A DNA stretch of 64,000 nucleotides. Source: Escherichia coli (lineage in GTDB: Bacteria; Pseudomonadota; Gammaproteobacteria; Enterobacterales; Enterobacteriaceae). The first letter of the stretch is position 1; each line of letters opens with the position of its first letter. The stretch lies in NCBI RefSeq assembly GCF_044647545.1, contig NZ_CP172818.1. One strand, given 5' to 3'. Below the pieces are notes generated by a model. It was not told where the DNA came from. It was given only the letters and a program-made list of their open reading frames with translations, and ran no database searches. This document shows, one piece after another, positions 1 through 14,671 of the stretch. The position numbers and the translations under genes are program-made.

Positions 1-506
1 TATCGGGAAACCAGGCTCCCGCTCTGGTAGCAATTTCCTTTGTGGTTGTTTTCCTGTGCCTTGCTGCACTCTATGAAAGCTGGTCAATTCCTGTCTCGGT
101 TATGTTGGTCGTGCCGTTAGGGATTGTCGGCGTGCTACTAGCGGCGACACTCTTTAATCAAAAAAATGACGTCTACTTTATGGTGGGCTTGCTAACGACA
201 ATTGGCTTGTCGGCTAAAAACGCTATTTTGATTGTTGAGTTCGCTAAAGATCTCATGGAAAAAGAGGGTAAAGGTGTTGTTGAAGCGACACTAATGGCAG
301 TACGTATGCGTCTGCGTCCTATCCTGATGACCTCTCTCGCCTTTATTCTCGGCGTATTACCGCTAGCTATCAGTAACGGTGCCGGCAGTGGCGCGCAGAA
401 CGCAGTGGGTATCGGGGTAATGGGCGGGATGGTTTCTGCAACGTTGCTGGCAATCTTCTTCGTGCCGGTGTTCTTTGTGGTGATCCGCCGTTGCTTTAAA
501 GGATAA
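1..506 (+). CDS. acrF: RND multidrug efflux permease AcrF, C-terminal part (5' end lies outside window)
   Basis: ORF reads in from the window edge to a stop at 506; hydrophobic RND C-terminal TM segments; position upstream of yhdV-yhdW as in E. coli. Confidence 0.75.
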   Translation, partial: SGNQAPALVAISFVVVFLCLAALYESWSIPVSVMLVVPLGIVGVLLAATLFNQKNDVYFMVGLLTTIGLSAKNAILIVEFAKDLMEKEGKGVVEATLMAVRMRLRPILMTSLAFILGVLPLAISNGAGSGAQNAVGIGVMGGMVSATLLAIFFVPVFFVVIRRCFKG

Positions 507-758
507 ATCAGAAACATAAAGGCACTTTCGGGTGCCTTTATTATTTTCAGTGAAACCCATAAAAATTAATAAGATATTCTTCTTCTCACTCTTTAAAAAC
601 TTTCTATAGTTCCCGCTCCCTTCACTATTTTTACAATTCACATAATTTGTCATTATTCATTCCGCAAGATTTATAACCTCCGGTGATAAAATGGCATTCA
701 GCTCGTTAATAAGAGAGTTAACTTATTAAGCGTTAGCGTTTATTACTGAGGTAACACC

Positions 759-980
759 ATGAAAAGATTAATTCCTGTGGCATTGCTCACCGCATTGCTG
801 GCGGGCTGTGCTCACGATTCGCCCTGCGTTCCGGTTTATGATGATCAGGGTCGACTGGTTCACACCAATACCTGTATGAAAGGCACGACTCAGGATAACT
901 GGGAAACGGCTGGGGCTATTGCTGGCGGGGCAGCAGCTGTTGCTGGCCTGACGATGGGGATCATCGCTCTGTCGAAATAA
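759..980 (+). CDS. yhdV: small lipoprotein YhdV
   Basis: 73 aa ORF with lipoprotein signal (LLAGC lipobox) and Gly/Ala-rich C-terminus; synteny. Confidence 0.75.
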   Translation: MKRLIPVALLTALLAGCAHDSPCVPVYDDQGRLVHTNTCMKGTTQDNWETAGAIAGGAAAVAGLTMGIIALSK

Positions 981-1410
981 CTGAACAGGGCGCGGAGTAC
1001 CGCGCTCTGTTTAACGATACAGTATCTCTCCATAAGATAAAATATTGCTATATTCTGCTGGGTAATTCCCTGCTGATTTAGCATGTTATATCGCGTTATT
1101 TCGCTGCTTTCGAAATAACGCATCAATTTAATTTTCACACTTCCTACCAGAAATATACTCACGCTAACAATCATTATTCTGCTTAGTAAAAAATGTGTGA
1201 ATATTTTGCGCCAAAATGTGGCGCATGTTTCATTTTCGCACCATTGCGGGGCGCTGTTTTTATTATTTCCTGTCTACACTCAGCTTATTGCGACGCGAAA
1301 TCGTGCGCAAAAGCTGGCACTACTTTTGCTTATAAGAGGATGGCCACAGACAGGTAAAAGACGTTTCCCAAACGTCCTATAACGATAATTTTCGCCTCAC
1401 AGGAAGCATT

Positions 1411-2436
1411 ATGAAAAAGATGATGATAGCCACACTGGCTGCCGCCAGCGTGCTGCTTGCCGTTGCAAATCAGGCGCATGCTGGCGCGACGCTTGATGCC
1501 GTTCAGAAAAAAGGTTTTGTGCAATGCGGGATCAGTGATGGATTACCTGGGTTCTCTTATGCCGATGCTGACGGTAAGTTTTCAGGTATTGATGTAGATG
1601 TTTGTCGTGGTGTTGCGGCAGCTGTATTTGGTGACGACACGAAAGTGAAATATACCCCGCTCACTGCAAAAGAACGCTTCACGGCTTTACAGTCAGGGGA
1701 GGTGGATTTGCTCTCCCGTAATACGACCTGGACTTCATCTCGCGATGCCGGGATGGGAATGGCATTTACCGGCGTCACTTATTACGACGGCATTGGCTTC
1801 CTGACTCACGATAAAGCGGGACTAAAAAGCGCGAAAGAACTGGATGGCGCTACCGTCTGTATTCAGGCGGGTACTGATACCGAACTCAACGTTGCCGATT
1901 ACTTTAAGGCAAACAATATGAAGTACACACCAGTGACTTTCGATCGCTCTGACGAATCAGCGAAGGCACTGGAATCTGGTCGCTGCGATACGCTGGCCTC
2001 GGATCAATCACAACTGTATGCCCTGCGCATCAAATTAAGCAACCCGGCTGAATGGATTGTCTTACCGGAAGTTATCTCCAAAGAACCGCTTGGGCCGGTA
2101 GTTCGTCGTGGCGATGATGAATGGTTCTCGATTGTACGCTGGACGCTTTTCGCCATGCTGAATGCTGAAGAGATGGGCATCAATTCCCAGAACGTCGATG
2201 AAAAAGCGGCTAATCCGGCAACGCCTGATATGGCACATCTGCTGGGTAAAGAAGGCGATTACGGCAAGGATCTGAAGCTGGATAATAAATGGGCTTACAA
2301 CATCATCAAACAGGTGGGTAACTACTCGGAAATTTTTGAGCGTAACGTAGGTTCAGAAAGCCCGCTGAAAATTAAACGTGGGCAAAATAATCTCTGGAAT
2401 AACGGCGGAATTCAGTACGCGCCGCCCGTGCGTTAA
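1411..2436 (+). CDS. yhdW: amino-acid ABC transporter periplasmic substrate-binding protein
   Basis: 341 aa ORF with signal peptide, first gene of a four-gene ABC transporter cluster; intact here. Confidence 0.85.
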   Translation: MKKMMIATLAAASVLLAVANQAHAGATLDAVQKKGFVQCGISDGLPGFSYADADGKFSGIDVDVCRGVAAAVFGDDTKVKYTPLTAKERFTALQSGEVDLLSRNTTWTSSRDAGMGMAFTGVTYYDGIGFLTHDKAGLKSAKELDGATVCIQAGTDTELNVADYFKANNMKYTPVTFDRSDESAKALESGRCDTLASDQSQLYALRIKLSNPAEWIVLPEVISKEPLGPVVRRGDDEWFSIVRWTLFAMLNAEEMGINSQNVDEKAANPATPDMAHLLGKEGDYGKDLKLDNKWAYNIIKQVGNYSEIFERNVGSESPLKIKRGQNNLWNNGGIQYAPPVR

Positions 2437-2503
2437 GTCGGTGTGAGGTAACGAGCGTCGCTACGGCGGCGCTCTCTTCAGCGTTATGCTTTCCGAGGTT
2501 TCT

Positions 2504-3685
2504 ATGTCTCATCGCCGCTCAACCGTTAAAGGCTCACTCTCCTTTGCCAACCCTACGGTTCGCGCCTGGTTATTCCAGATCCTTGCCGTTGTTGCTGTTG
2601 TTGGCATTGTTGGTTGGCTATTTCACAACACTGTGACGAATCTCAGTAATCGTGGCATTACTTCAGGTTTTGCCTTTCTGGATCGCGGCGCTGGCTTCGG
2701 TATTGTCCAGCATTTGATCGATTACCAGCAGGGTGATACCTACGGACGCGTTTTCATTGTTGGCTTACTCAATACGCTACTGGTTTCTGCATTGTGTATT
2801 GTATTCGCTTCTGTTCTGGGCTTCTTTATCGGTCTGGCGCGACTTTCGGATAACTGGCTGCTACGAAAGCTTTCCACAATTTATATTGAGATCTTCCGTA
2901 ATATTCCGCCGCTGCTGCAAATCTTCTTCTGGTACTTTGCCGTGTTGCGCAATTTGCCCGGACCACGCCAGGCAGTGAGTGCGTTTGAGCTGGCCTTTTT
3001 GAGCAATCGTGGGCTTTATATTCCGTCGCCGCAGCTGGGAGACGGATTTATTGCATTTATCCTGACTGTTGTTATTGCTATAGCCCTTTCTGTTGGACTA
3101 TTCCGTTTTAATAAAACGTACCAGATAAAGACCGGACAATTGCGCCGAACCTGGCCGGTCGCCGTTATGTTGATCATAGGTTTGCCTTTACTGGCGCAAT
3201 GGCTTTTTGGCGCAGCACTACACTGGGATGTTCCAGCCCTACGAGGCTTTAACTTCCGTGGCGGGATGGTTTTAATTCCTGAACTGGCAGCCTTAACGCT
3301 GGCACTTTCGGTTTATACCTCTGCATTTATCGCCGAGATTATCCGCGCTGGGATCCAGGCAGTGCCTTATGGTCAACATGAAGCGGCACGGTCACTGGGA
3401 TTACCCAACCCGGTTACGCTACGCCAGGTCATTATTCCCCAGGCACTGCGAGTGATTATTCCGCCGTTAACCAGCCAGTATCTCAACATCGTCAAAAACT
3501 CCTCTCTTGCCGCCGCTATTGGCTATCCGGATATGGTTTCGCTGTTTGCTGGCACCGTGCTGAACCAGACGGGGCAAGCCATCGAGACGATAGCCATGAC
3601 CATGTCGGTCTATCTGATTATCAGCCTGACTATCTCGCTGCTGATGAATATCTATAACCGCCGCATCGCGATCGTTGAACGCTAA
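2504..3685 (+). CDS. yhdX: amino-acid ABC transporter permease
   Basis: Polytopic membrane ORF; track ORF starts at 2486, likely start at MSHRR (2504). Confidence 0.85.
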   Translation: MSHRRSTVKGSLSFANPTVRAWLFQILAVVAVVGIVGWLFHNTVTNLSNRGITSGFAFLDRGAGFGIVQHLIDYQQGDTYGRVFIVGLLNTLLVSALCIVFASVLGFFIGLARLSDNWLLRKLSTIYIEIFRNIPPLLQIFFWYFAVLRNLPGPRQAVSAFELAFLSNRGLYIPSPQLGDGFIAFILTVVIAIALSVGLFRFNKTYQIKTGQLRRTWPVAVMLIIGLPLLAQWLFGAALHWDVPALRGFNFRGGMVLIPELAALTLALSVYTSAFIAEIIRAGIQAVPYGQHEAARSLGLPNPVTLRQVIIPQALRVIIPPLTSQYLNIVKNSSLAAAIGYPDMVSLFAGTVLNQTGQAIETIAMTMSVYLIISLTISLLMNIYNRRIAIVER

Positions 3686-3691
3686 GGAGTC

Positions 3692-4798
3692 ATGATGACA
3701 AAAGTATTGCTGTCTCATCCCCCGCGCCCGGCGAGCCATAACTCAAGCCGCGCGATGGTGTGGGTGCGAAAAAATCTATTCTCCAGCTGGAGCAATAGCC
3801 TGCTGACTATTGGCTGCATATGGTTGATGTGGGAACTGATCCCACCGTTGCTGAACTGGGCATTTTTGCAGGCTAACTGGGTTGGCTCAACGCGTGCCGA
3901 CTGCACAAAAGCCGGTGCCTGTTGGGTCTTCATCCACGAACGATTTGGTCAGTTTATGTATGGGCTTTACCCACACGACCAACGCTGGCGAATTAACCTG
4001 GCATTACTGATTGGGCTTGTATCGATCGCACCAATGTTCTGGAAAATACTCCCGCATCGCGGTCGCTATATTGCGGTATGGGCGGTGATTTACCCACTGA
4101 TTGTCTGGTGGCTGATGTATGGCGGGTTTCTTGGTCTTGAGCGGGTTGAAACCCGGCAATGGGGCGGGCTGACGCTAACTTTAATTATTGCATCAGTTGG
4201 GATTGCGGGGGCGCTGCCGTGGGGGATCTTACTGGCGTTAGGTCGCCGCTCCCATATGCCGATTGTGCGTATCTTATCGGTCATTTTTATCGAGTTCTGG
4301 CGCGGTGTACCGCTGATTACCGTTCTGTTTATGTCTTCGGTCATGCTGCCGTTGTTTATGGCAGAAGGCACCAGTATCGACAAATTGATCCGCGCGCTGG
4401 TTGGCGTGATCCTGTTTCAGTCAGCATATGTTGCGGAAGTCGTGCGAGGCGGATTACAGGCGCTGCCTAAAGGGCAATATGAAGCGGCAGAGTCGCTGGC
4501 GTTGGGTTACTGGAAAACCCAGGGGCTGGTTATTCTGCCACAGGCGTTGAAGCTGGTGATTCCTGGGCTGGTAAATACCATCATCGCACTTTTCAAAGAT
4601 ACCAGCCTGGTGATCATCATCGGGTTGTTCGATCTTTTCAGTAGCGTTCAGCAGGCAACCGTTGATCCCGCCTGGTTGGGTATGTCGACGGAAGGGTATG
4701 TTTTCGCAGCACTGATCTACTGGATCTTCTGTTTCAGCATGTCACGTTATAGCCAACATCTGGAAAAACGTTTTAACACCGGGCGTACACCGCATTGA
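3692..4798 (+). CDS. yhdY: amino-acid ABC transporter permease
   Basis: 368 aa polytopic membrane ORF immediately downstream of yhdX. Confidence 0.85.
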   Translation: MMTKVLLSHPPRPASHNSSRAMVWVRKNLFSSWSNSLLTIGCIWLMWELIPPLLNWAFLQANWVGSTRADCTKAGACWVFIHERFGQFMYGLYPHDQRWRINLALLIGLVSIAPMFWKILPHRGRYIAVWAVIYPLIVWWLMYGGFLGLERVETRQWGGLTLTLIIASVGIAGALPWGILLALGRRSHMPIVRILSVIFIEFWRGVPLITVLFMSSVMLPLFMAEGTSIDKLIRALVGVILFQSAYVAEVVRGGLQALPKGQYEAAESLALGYWKTQGLVILPQALKLVIPGLVNTIIALFKDTSLVIIIGLFDLFSSVQQATVDPAWLGMSTEGYVFAALIYWIFCFSMSRYSQHLEKRFNTGRTPH

Positions 4799-4805
4799 GG
4801 ACACT

Positions 4806-5564
4806 ATGAGCCAAATTTTACTGCAACCTGCTAACGCGATGATTACGCTGGAAAACGTCAATAAATGGTATGGGCAATTCCATGTTTTGAAAAATATAAA
4901 TTTAACCGTGCAACCGGGAGAACGGATCGTTCTGTGTGGCCCTTCTGGTTCCGGTAAATCGACAACCATTCGTTGTATTAATCATCTGGAAGAACACCAA
5001 CAGGGACGGATCGTGGTAGATGGCATCGAGCTTAACGAAGATATTCGCAATATTGAGCGCGTCAGGCAGGAAGTGGGAATGGTCTTTCAGCATTTCAATC
5101 TCTTCCCTCATCTGACCGTTCTACAGAACTGTACCCTGGCACCGATTTGGGTACGCAAGATGCCAAAGAAAGAGGCAGAAGCTCTGGCGATGCATTACCT
5201 TGAGCGGGTGAGAATTGCCGAACATGCGCATAAGTTTCCCGGACAGATTTCAGGTGGTCAGCAGCAACGCGTTGCCATTGCGCGTTCGCTGTGTATGAAG
5301 CCGAAAATTATGTTATTTGATGAGCCAACGTCGGCGCTCGATCCTGAGATGGTGAAAGAGGTGCTGGATACGATGATTGGGCTGGCGCAGTCGGGTATGA
5401 CAATGCTGTGTGTAACACATGAGATGGGGTTTGCACGAACCGTCGCTGACCGGGTGATTTTTATGGATCGTGGGGAAATAGTGGAGCAAGCTGCACCGGA
5501 TGAGTTTTTTGCGCATCCTAAGTCAGAGCGTACGAGGGCATTTTTATCGCAGGTGATCCATTAA
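4806..5564 (+). CDS. yhdZ: amino-acid ABC transporter ATP-binding protein
   Basis: Walker [13 protein letters not shown] signature LSGGQQQR, Walker [12 protein letters not shown]. Confidence 0.9.
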   Translation: MSQILLQPANAMITLENVNKWYGQFHVLKNINLTVQPGERIVLCGPSGSGKSTTIRCINHLEEHQQGRIVVDGIELNEDIRNIERVRQEVGMVFQHFNLFPHLTVLQNCTLAPIWVRKMPKKEAEALAMHYLERVRIAEHAHKFPGQISGGQQQRVAIARSLCMKPKIMLFDEPTSALDPEMVKEVLDTMIGLAQSGMTMLCVTHEMGFARTVADRVIFMDRGEIVEQAAPDEFFAHPKSERTRAFLSQVIH

Positions 5565-5585
5565 TTGAATGTTAGTTCGAAAAGC

Positions 5586-5620
5586 AAAAAGGCCATCCTT
5601 TCGGATGGCTTTGTTGATTT
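5586..5620. terminator. bidirectional intrinsic terminator (yhdZ on plus strand, rrnD operon on minus strand)
   Basis: GC stem gccatcc-tttc-ggatggc flanked by T-runs on both strands, between yhdZ stop and the 3' end of rrfF. Confidence 0.65.
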
Positions 5621-5621
5621 G

Positions 5622-5741
5622 ATGTCTGGCAGTTCCCTACTCTCGCATGGGGAGACCCCACACTACCATCGGCGCTACGGCGTTTCACTTCTGAGTTCGG
5701 CATGGGGTCAGGTGGGACCACCGCGCTACTGCCGCCAGACA
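5622..5741 (-). rRNA. rrfF: 5S ribosomal RNA, distal copy of rrnD operon
   Basis: 120 nt match (reverse complement) to enterobacterial 5S rRNA; second 5S copy downstream of thrV. Confidence 0.95.
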
Positions 5742-5778
5742 AATTCTTTTCTAATCTGCCGAACTTTAACCTAAAAAG

Positions 5779-5854
5779 TGGTGCTGATACCCAGAGTCGA
5801 ACTGGGGACCTCACCCTTACCAAGGGTGCGCTCTACCAACTGAGCCATATCAGC
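5779..5854 (-). tRNA. thrV: tRNA-Thr (anticodon GGU)
   Basis: 76 nt cloverleaf sequence with CCA end and GGT anticodon, reverse complement, between the two 5S genes. Confidence 0.95.
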
Positions 5855-5866
5855 ACGCTAAATTTG

Positions 5867-5986
5867 ATGCCTGGCAGTTCCCTACTCTCGCATGGGGAGA
5901 CCCCACACTACCATCGGCGCTACGGCGTTTCACTTCTGAGTTCGGCATGGGGTCAGGTGGGACCACCGCGCTAAGGCCGCCAGGCA
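5867..5986 (-). rRNA. rrfD: 5S ribosomal RNA
   Basis: 120 nt match to 5S rRNA; differs from rrfF at 4 positions. Confidence 0.95.
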
Positions 5987-6078
5987 AATTCTGTTTTATC
6001 AGACCGCTTCTGCGTTCTGATTTAATCTGTATCAGGCTGAAAATCTTCTCTCTTCCGCCAAAACATCTTCGGCGTTGT

Positions 6079-8982
<2,904 letters not shown>

Positions 8983-9165
8983 TCACAACCCGAAGATGTT
9001 TCTTTCGACTCATCATCGTGTTGCGAAAATTTGAGAGACTCACGAACAACTTTCGTTGTTCAGTGTTTCAATTTTCAGCTTGATCCAGATTTTTAAAGAG
9101 CAAAACTTCGCAGTGAACCTTTGCAGGTACACTCTGAAGTATTTTTTATTTAATCACTACAGAGA

Positions 9166-9241
9166 TGGTGGAGCTATGCGGGATCGAACCGCAGACCTCC
9201 TGCGTGCAAAGCAGGCGCTCTCCCAGCTGAGCTATAGCCCC
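9166..9241 (-). tRNA. alaU: tRNA-Ala (anticodon UGC), 16S-23S spacer
   Basis: 76 nt exact tRNA-Ala sequence (GGGGCTATAGCTCAG...) in reverse complement. Confidence 0.95.
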
Positions 9242-9283
9242 ATAACATGTAGTTAAAACCTCTTCAAATTTGCGGTGCAAATT

Positions 9284-9360
<77 letters not shown>

Positions 9361-9428
9361 GTAGAGGTTTTACTGCTCATTTTCATCAGACAATCTGTGT
9401 GAGCACTGCAAAGTACGCTTCTTTAAGG

Positions 9429-10970
<1,542 letters not shown>

Positions 10971-11101
10971 AAAAGTTTGATGCTCAAAGAATTAAACTTC
11001 GTAATGAATTACGTGTTCACTCTTGAGACTTGGTATTCATTTTTCGTCTTGCGACGTTAAGAATCCGTATCTTCGAGTGCCCACACAGATTGTCTGATAA
11101 A

Positions 11102-11114
11102 TTGTTAAAGAGCA
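11102..11114 (-). promoter_or_regulatory. boxA antitermination element of rrn leader
   Basis: Reverse complement TGCTCTTTAACAA matches the rrn boxA consensus, in the 16S leader. Confidence 0.7.
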
Positions 11115-11154
11115 GTTGCGACGCTGCTTTCAGCTCACTGTCGCGAGGTGGCGT

Positions 11155-11182
11155 ATATTACGCTTTCCTCTTTCAGAGTCAA
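11155..11182 (-). promoter_or_regulatory. rrnD P2 promoter (-35 TTGACT, 16 bp spacer, -10 TAATAT)
   Basis: Sigma70 hexamers on minus strand with GC-rich discriminator, upstream of boxA and 16S. Confidence 0.7.
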
Positions 11183-11262
11183 CCCTGAATTTCAGGATTT
11201 TTTCTCTTCGTTGTTCCGACCATCTTGTGAAGTGTTTCACATTGTCGTCTCAACGGAGGCGC

Positions 11263-11290
11263 ATTATAGGGATCCCATTTTTTTGCACAA
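11263..11290 (-). promoter_or_regulatory. rrnD P1 promoter (-35 TTGTGC, 16 bp spacer, -10 TATAAT, GCGC discriminator)
   Basis: Minus strand reads CTTGTGCAAAAAAATGGGATCCCTATAATGCGCCTCC, typical rrn P1 architecture. Confidence 0.75.
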
Positions 11291-11400
11291 GTACTTTTTT
11301 GATCTTTTTTTCTGTTTGTTGTTTTTTCACCCTTTTTGCTGCATTTGCACACAAAACGGTGCTTTTTTGCATACTAAAAGACTTGCACAAGGCCAATAAT
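11291..11400 (-). promoter_or_regulatory. AT-rich UP element / probable Fis-binding upstream activating region of rrnD P1
   Basis: A/T tracts immediately upstream of P1 -35; inferred from known rrn promoter architecture. Confidence 0.45.
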
Positions 11401-11442
11401 GCACCCAAAGTCATTAGTAAATCATTTATTGTTGAGGTAAGT

Positions 11443-11997
11443 ATGTCTGATGTTTTACGCCCATACCGCGATCTTTTTCCACAAATCGGTCAGCGCGTAA
11501 TGATCGACGATAGTAGTGTAGTGATCGGTGACGTTCGTTTGGCTGATGATGTGGGGATCTGGCCACTCGTTGTGATTCGTGGTGATGTACATTATGTACA
11601 GATTGGAGCACGCACCAATATCCAGGATGGCAGTATGTTGCATGTCACCCATAAGTCCTCATACAACCCAGATGGCAACCCATTAACCATTGGCGAAGAT
11701 GTCACTGTTGGTCATAAGGTGATGCTCCACGGCTGTACCATTGGCAATCGAGTGTTGGTTGGGATGGCATCAATTTTACTTGATGGTGCAATAGTAGAAG
11801 ATGATGTGATGATTGGTGCGGGTAGCCTGGTCCCACAAAATAAACGGCTGAAGAGCGGATATCTGTATCTCGGTAGCCCCGTCAAACAGATCCGCCCGTT
11901 AAGTGATGAAGAGAAGGCTGGGTTACGCTATTCCGCAAATAACTACGTGAAATGGAAGGACGAATATCTGGATCAAGGTAACCAGACCCAACCTTGA
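11443..11997 (+). CDS. yrdA: hexapeptide-repeat (gamma carbonic anhydrase-like) protein YrdA
   Basis: 184 aa ORF from ATG 11443 with left-handed beta-helix hexapeptide repeats; the track ORF (11116) over-extends 5' into the rrnD promoter. Confidence 0.85.
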   Translation: MSDVLRPYRDLFPQIGQRVMIDDSSVVIGDVRLADDVGIWPLVVIRGDVHYVQIGARTNIQDGSMLHVTHKSSYNPDGNPLTIGEDVTVGHKVMLHGCTIGNRVLVGMASILLDGAIVEDDVMIGAGSLVPQNKRLKSGYLYLGSPVKQIRPLSDEEKAGLRYSANNYVKWKDEYLDQGNQTQP

Positions 11998-12230
11998 TCA
12001 TCTTCACTTTGTTCCTGAATTAAGTTTTCTGCTTCTTCTTCCAGGTCCCAGCGATGCTGACGAAAACTCGCTAACCACTGTTCTGGCGTATCTCCTGCAA
12101 AGCGGTTCGCCAGACTCTCTCCAGTAATAGCGCAAGTGAGCTGCATACCATTTACAAGAGCGGGAAAACAAACGCATTTTTTACTCTCGTTCCACTCTTC
12201 CCTGTCCGGAAACTGGATGGCCTGATTCAC
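11973..12230 (-). CDS. yrdB: DUF1488 family small protein YrdB
   Basis: 85 aa ORF, synteny immediately downstream of aroE. Confidence 0.75.
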   Translation of the reverse strand: MNQAIQFPDREEWNESKKCVCFPALVNGMQLTCAITGESLANRFAGDTPEQWLASFRQHRWDLEEEAENLIQEQSEDDQGWVWLP

Positions 12231-13045
12231 GCGGACAACTCCTCCTGCAATTGCTTTATAACTGGTTCTATGTCAGGCAGAACACCGTGCCAGAGAAGAA
12301 AGGCATGAGCTGCCTGTGCCACCAGCATCCCCAATCCATCCGCATTACGCTTTGAACCTCGCAGCTCACACCATGCCAGAAAAGGTGTTTTTCCTTTCTG
12401 ATAGAACATGTCATAGCAACACATGCCTGAATGAATGAGCGATGCCGGGATCGCGGGAATATCACCACTGATGCCACTGGATGTTGCATTAATAATGAGA
12501 TCGAACTCATGCCCCTCCAGTTCGTCCATACCCAACGCCTGAATACTGCCCGTGTGCGCAAACAATTTAGCCAACTCTTCCGCGCGGGATACCGTCCGAT
12601 TAGTGATTGTCACCGCGCAGTCCAGAGAAAGGAGTGGAAGTAATACACCACGAGACGCCCCACCAGCGCCGATGAGTAGAATACGTAAACCAGGGCGGAT
12701 AAAAGACAGACGTTCCAGATCGCTTAACAAGCCTACGCCATCGGTATTGTCACCCAGCAGGCGTCCATCTTCTAACCGCTTGAGGGTATTAACAGCACCA
12801 GCCAACGCTGCCCGTTCAGTAAGTTCATCAGCTCTGGCAAAGGCCTCTTCTTTAAAAGGCACCGTCACATTCGCTCCTTTACCACCAGCACTAAAGAAAG
12901 CGTTCAGTGTGTTAATGAAATCATTGATAGGTGCCAGCACGCGCCCATAGGGATGTTCAATATTCAATTGCTGAGCAAATTGCTGATGAATGAATGGCGA
13001 TTTGCTGTGGGCTATTGGATTACCAAAAACAGCATAGTTTTCCAT
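12227..13045 (-). CDS. aroE: shikimate dehydrogenase
   Basis: N-terminus [17 protein letters not shown], Rossmann GAGGASRG motif; start chosen at the internal ATG of the track ORF. Confidence 0.9.
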   Translation of the reverse strand: MENYAVFGNPIAHSKSPFIHQQFAQQLNIEHPYGRVLAPINDFINTLNAFFSAGGKGANVTVPFKEEAFARADELTERAALAGAVNTLKRLEDGRLLGDNTDGVGLLSDLERLSFIRPGLRILLIGAGGASRGVLLPLLSLDCAVTITNRTVSRAEELAKLFAHTGSIQALGMDELEGHEFDLIINATSSGISGDIPAIPASLIHSGMCCYDMFYQKGKTPFLAWCELRGSKRNADGLGMLVAQAAHAFLLWHGVLPDIEPVIKQLQEELSA

Positions 13046-13049
13046 TATG

Positions 13050-13622
13050 TTACCCCTGTCGAAACAGTTCACCCGTCAGGGCATCGCGGATTTCTGAAGG
13101 ATTTAAACGCCCTCCCGTTTCACCAGGCACAACCGGGAACGCTGCGCCAAATTGTGCGCGAACTTCGTCTACTGTTCGACAAGGCGGCAATCCACTCAAG
13201 TTGGCACTGGTAGAAACCAGCGGTTTACCATAAGCCTGGCACAAAGCAACCACCAACGGATGGTCGGTGACTCGTACAGCAAGCGAATCAAAGCGGCCCG
13301 TCAACCAGCGCGGTGTTGTCGCAGGCGCGGGAAAGACAAAGGTGACGGGACCTGGCCAGCGAGAAAAAATGGTTTCACGCTGCGCATCAGTCAGCATGCA
13401 GTCATCAATATAGGGTTTAAGCTGCTCGTAATTTGCCGCGATTAAAATCAGCCCCTTATCAACCGGACGCTGTTTTAACTCCAACAGTCTCATCACTGCT
13501 GTTTCGCTATCAGGATCGCACCCGACACCGAAAACGGCTTCCGTGGGATAGGCGATGACACGTTCTTCATTGAGGACATCTATCGCAGCTGCGATAGCGT
13601 CTCCTTGCAGGTTATTATTCAC
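13050..13622 (-). CDS. tsaC: L-threonylcarbamoyladenylate synthase (t6A37), YrdC/Sua5 family
   Basis: YrdC fold signature; probable GTG start at 13622 inside the longer track ORF. Confidence 0.85.
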   Translation of the reverse strand: MNNNLQGDAIAAAIDVLNEERVIAYPTEAVFGVGCDPDSETAVMRLLELKQRPVDKGLILIAANYEQLKPYIDDCMLTDAQRETIFSRWPGPVTFVFPAPATTPRWLTGRFDSLAVRVTDHPLVVALCQAYGKPLVSTSANLSGLPPCRTVDEVRAQFGAAFPVVPGETGGRLNPSEIRDALTGELFRQG

Positions 13623-13626
13623 GTTA

Positions 13627-14169
13627 TTATTCCGCCGAAACCGGCTTTCCACATTGTTTACTGGCACAAAAGTGTTTTACACCCTGCGCGGTTTTCTTTT
13701 CGATGAGTAGCGGATAATGACACTCAGGGCATTCTCCGGCTATAGGTTTGAAGTTAATGGCAAATTGACACTCCGGGTAGCGATCACAGGAATGAAATGT
13801 TTTGCCATAACGGGAGCGGCGCTGGACCAGATGGCCCGTCCGACATTGGGGACATGTAATTGCTGTTTCGTCCGGTTTATCGATAAGTTCGGTATGTTCG
13901 CATTCAGGATAGTTACTGCAACCAACAAACATACCAAAGCGCCCCTGGCGTAAGACCAGATTTGCGCCGCATGCAGGGCAAATCTGTCCCTCCAGAACTT
14001 TGACGATATGTCCATCCGCTGAAGATTTCAGAGGACGGACGTAGTCACACGCCGGATACTGTGAGCATCCAAGAAACGGACCGTGTTTCCCGGATCGAAT
14101 AACCAGTTCAGCCCCGCACTTTGGGCAGGACTCATTATTACGCACCGTGAACAGTGCTGATTTCGCCAT
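13627..14169 (-). CDS. yrdD: topoisomerase-type C4 zinc-ribbon DNA-binding protein YrdD
   Basis: 180 aa with repeated CxxC...CxxC zinc-ribbon units. Confidence 0.8.
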   Translation of the reverse strand: MAKSALFTVRNNESCPKCGAELVIRSGKHGPFLGCSQYPACDYVRPLKSSADGHIVKVLEGQICPACGANLVLRQGRFGMFVGCSNYPECEHTELIDKPDETAITCPQCRTGHLVQRRSRYGKTFHSCDRYPECQFAINFKPIAGECPECHYPLLIEKKTAQGVKHFCASKQCGKPVSAE

Positions 14170-14197
14170 AACAACTTATGCTGAATTAAAGAAATGA

Positions 14198-14671
14198 TTA
14201 ATGCAGCATACCTTCATTCACTTCAAAGAGTAATTCTTCCATTTGCTGGTACGCATTTTCGCAGCCCGGAATATTGAACAACACCATCAGGATTACCCAT
14301 TTCAGGTCTTCCAGGTCGAACTCTGCGGTATCCAGCGCGAGCACTCGCTCTATCACCATTTCACGGGTTTCAAGGTTAAGCACCTGAATTTGCTCAAGGA
14401 AAAGCAGAAAACCACGACAGCTGGCATCCAGCCTTTCACACTCTTCAGGGGTATAAATACGCATGGAGAGTGGATCAGAGGCCAGTTGCATCGGTTCTGC
14501 CAGTCCTTCCTGATAATCCGCAAGCTTTTCCAGCCAAAGCAGGGCATTGTAGATATCTTCTCGATCAAATCCTGCGTCGGTAAGATCCTGTTCAAGTTTG
14601 TCTTGATCCACACGCAACTCAGCTTCTGTGTGAATATAGGTTTCAAACAAATACATTAGTACGTCGAACAT
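14198..14671 (-). CDS. smg: Smg protein (DUF494)
   Basis: 157 aa acidic protein, conserved partner downstream of dprA. Confidence 0.85.

Noticed and set aside
5622-5986. Duplicated 5S with an intervening tRNA as a possible mobile or duplicated segment
   Set aside because: This is the normal rrnD architecture (rrfD-thrV-rrfF); the copies differ at four positions, so it is not an assembly duplication.
11116-11442. 5' extension of the yrdA ORF (track start 11116)
   Set aside because: The extension runs through the rrnD P1/P2 promoter region on the opposite strand and encodes an implausible Cys/Phe-rich N-terminus; the known YrdA N-terminus MSDVLRPYRD begins at 11443.
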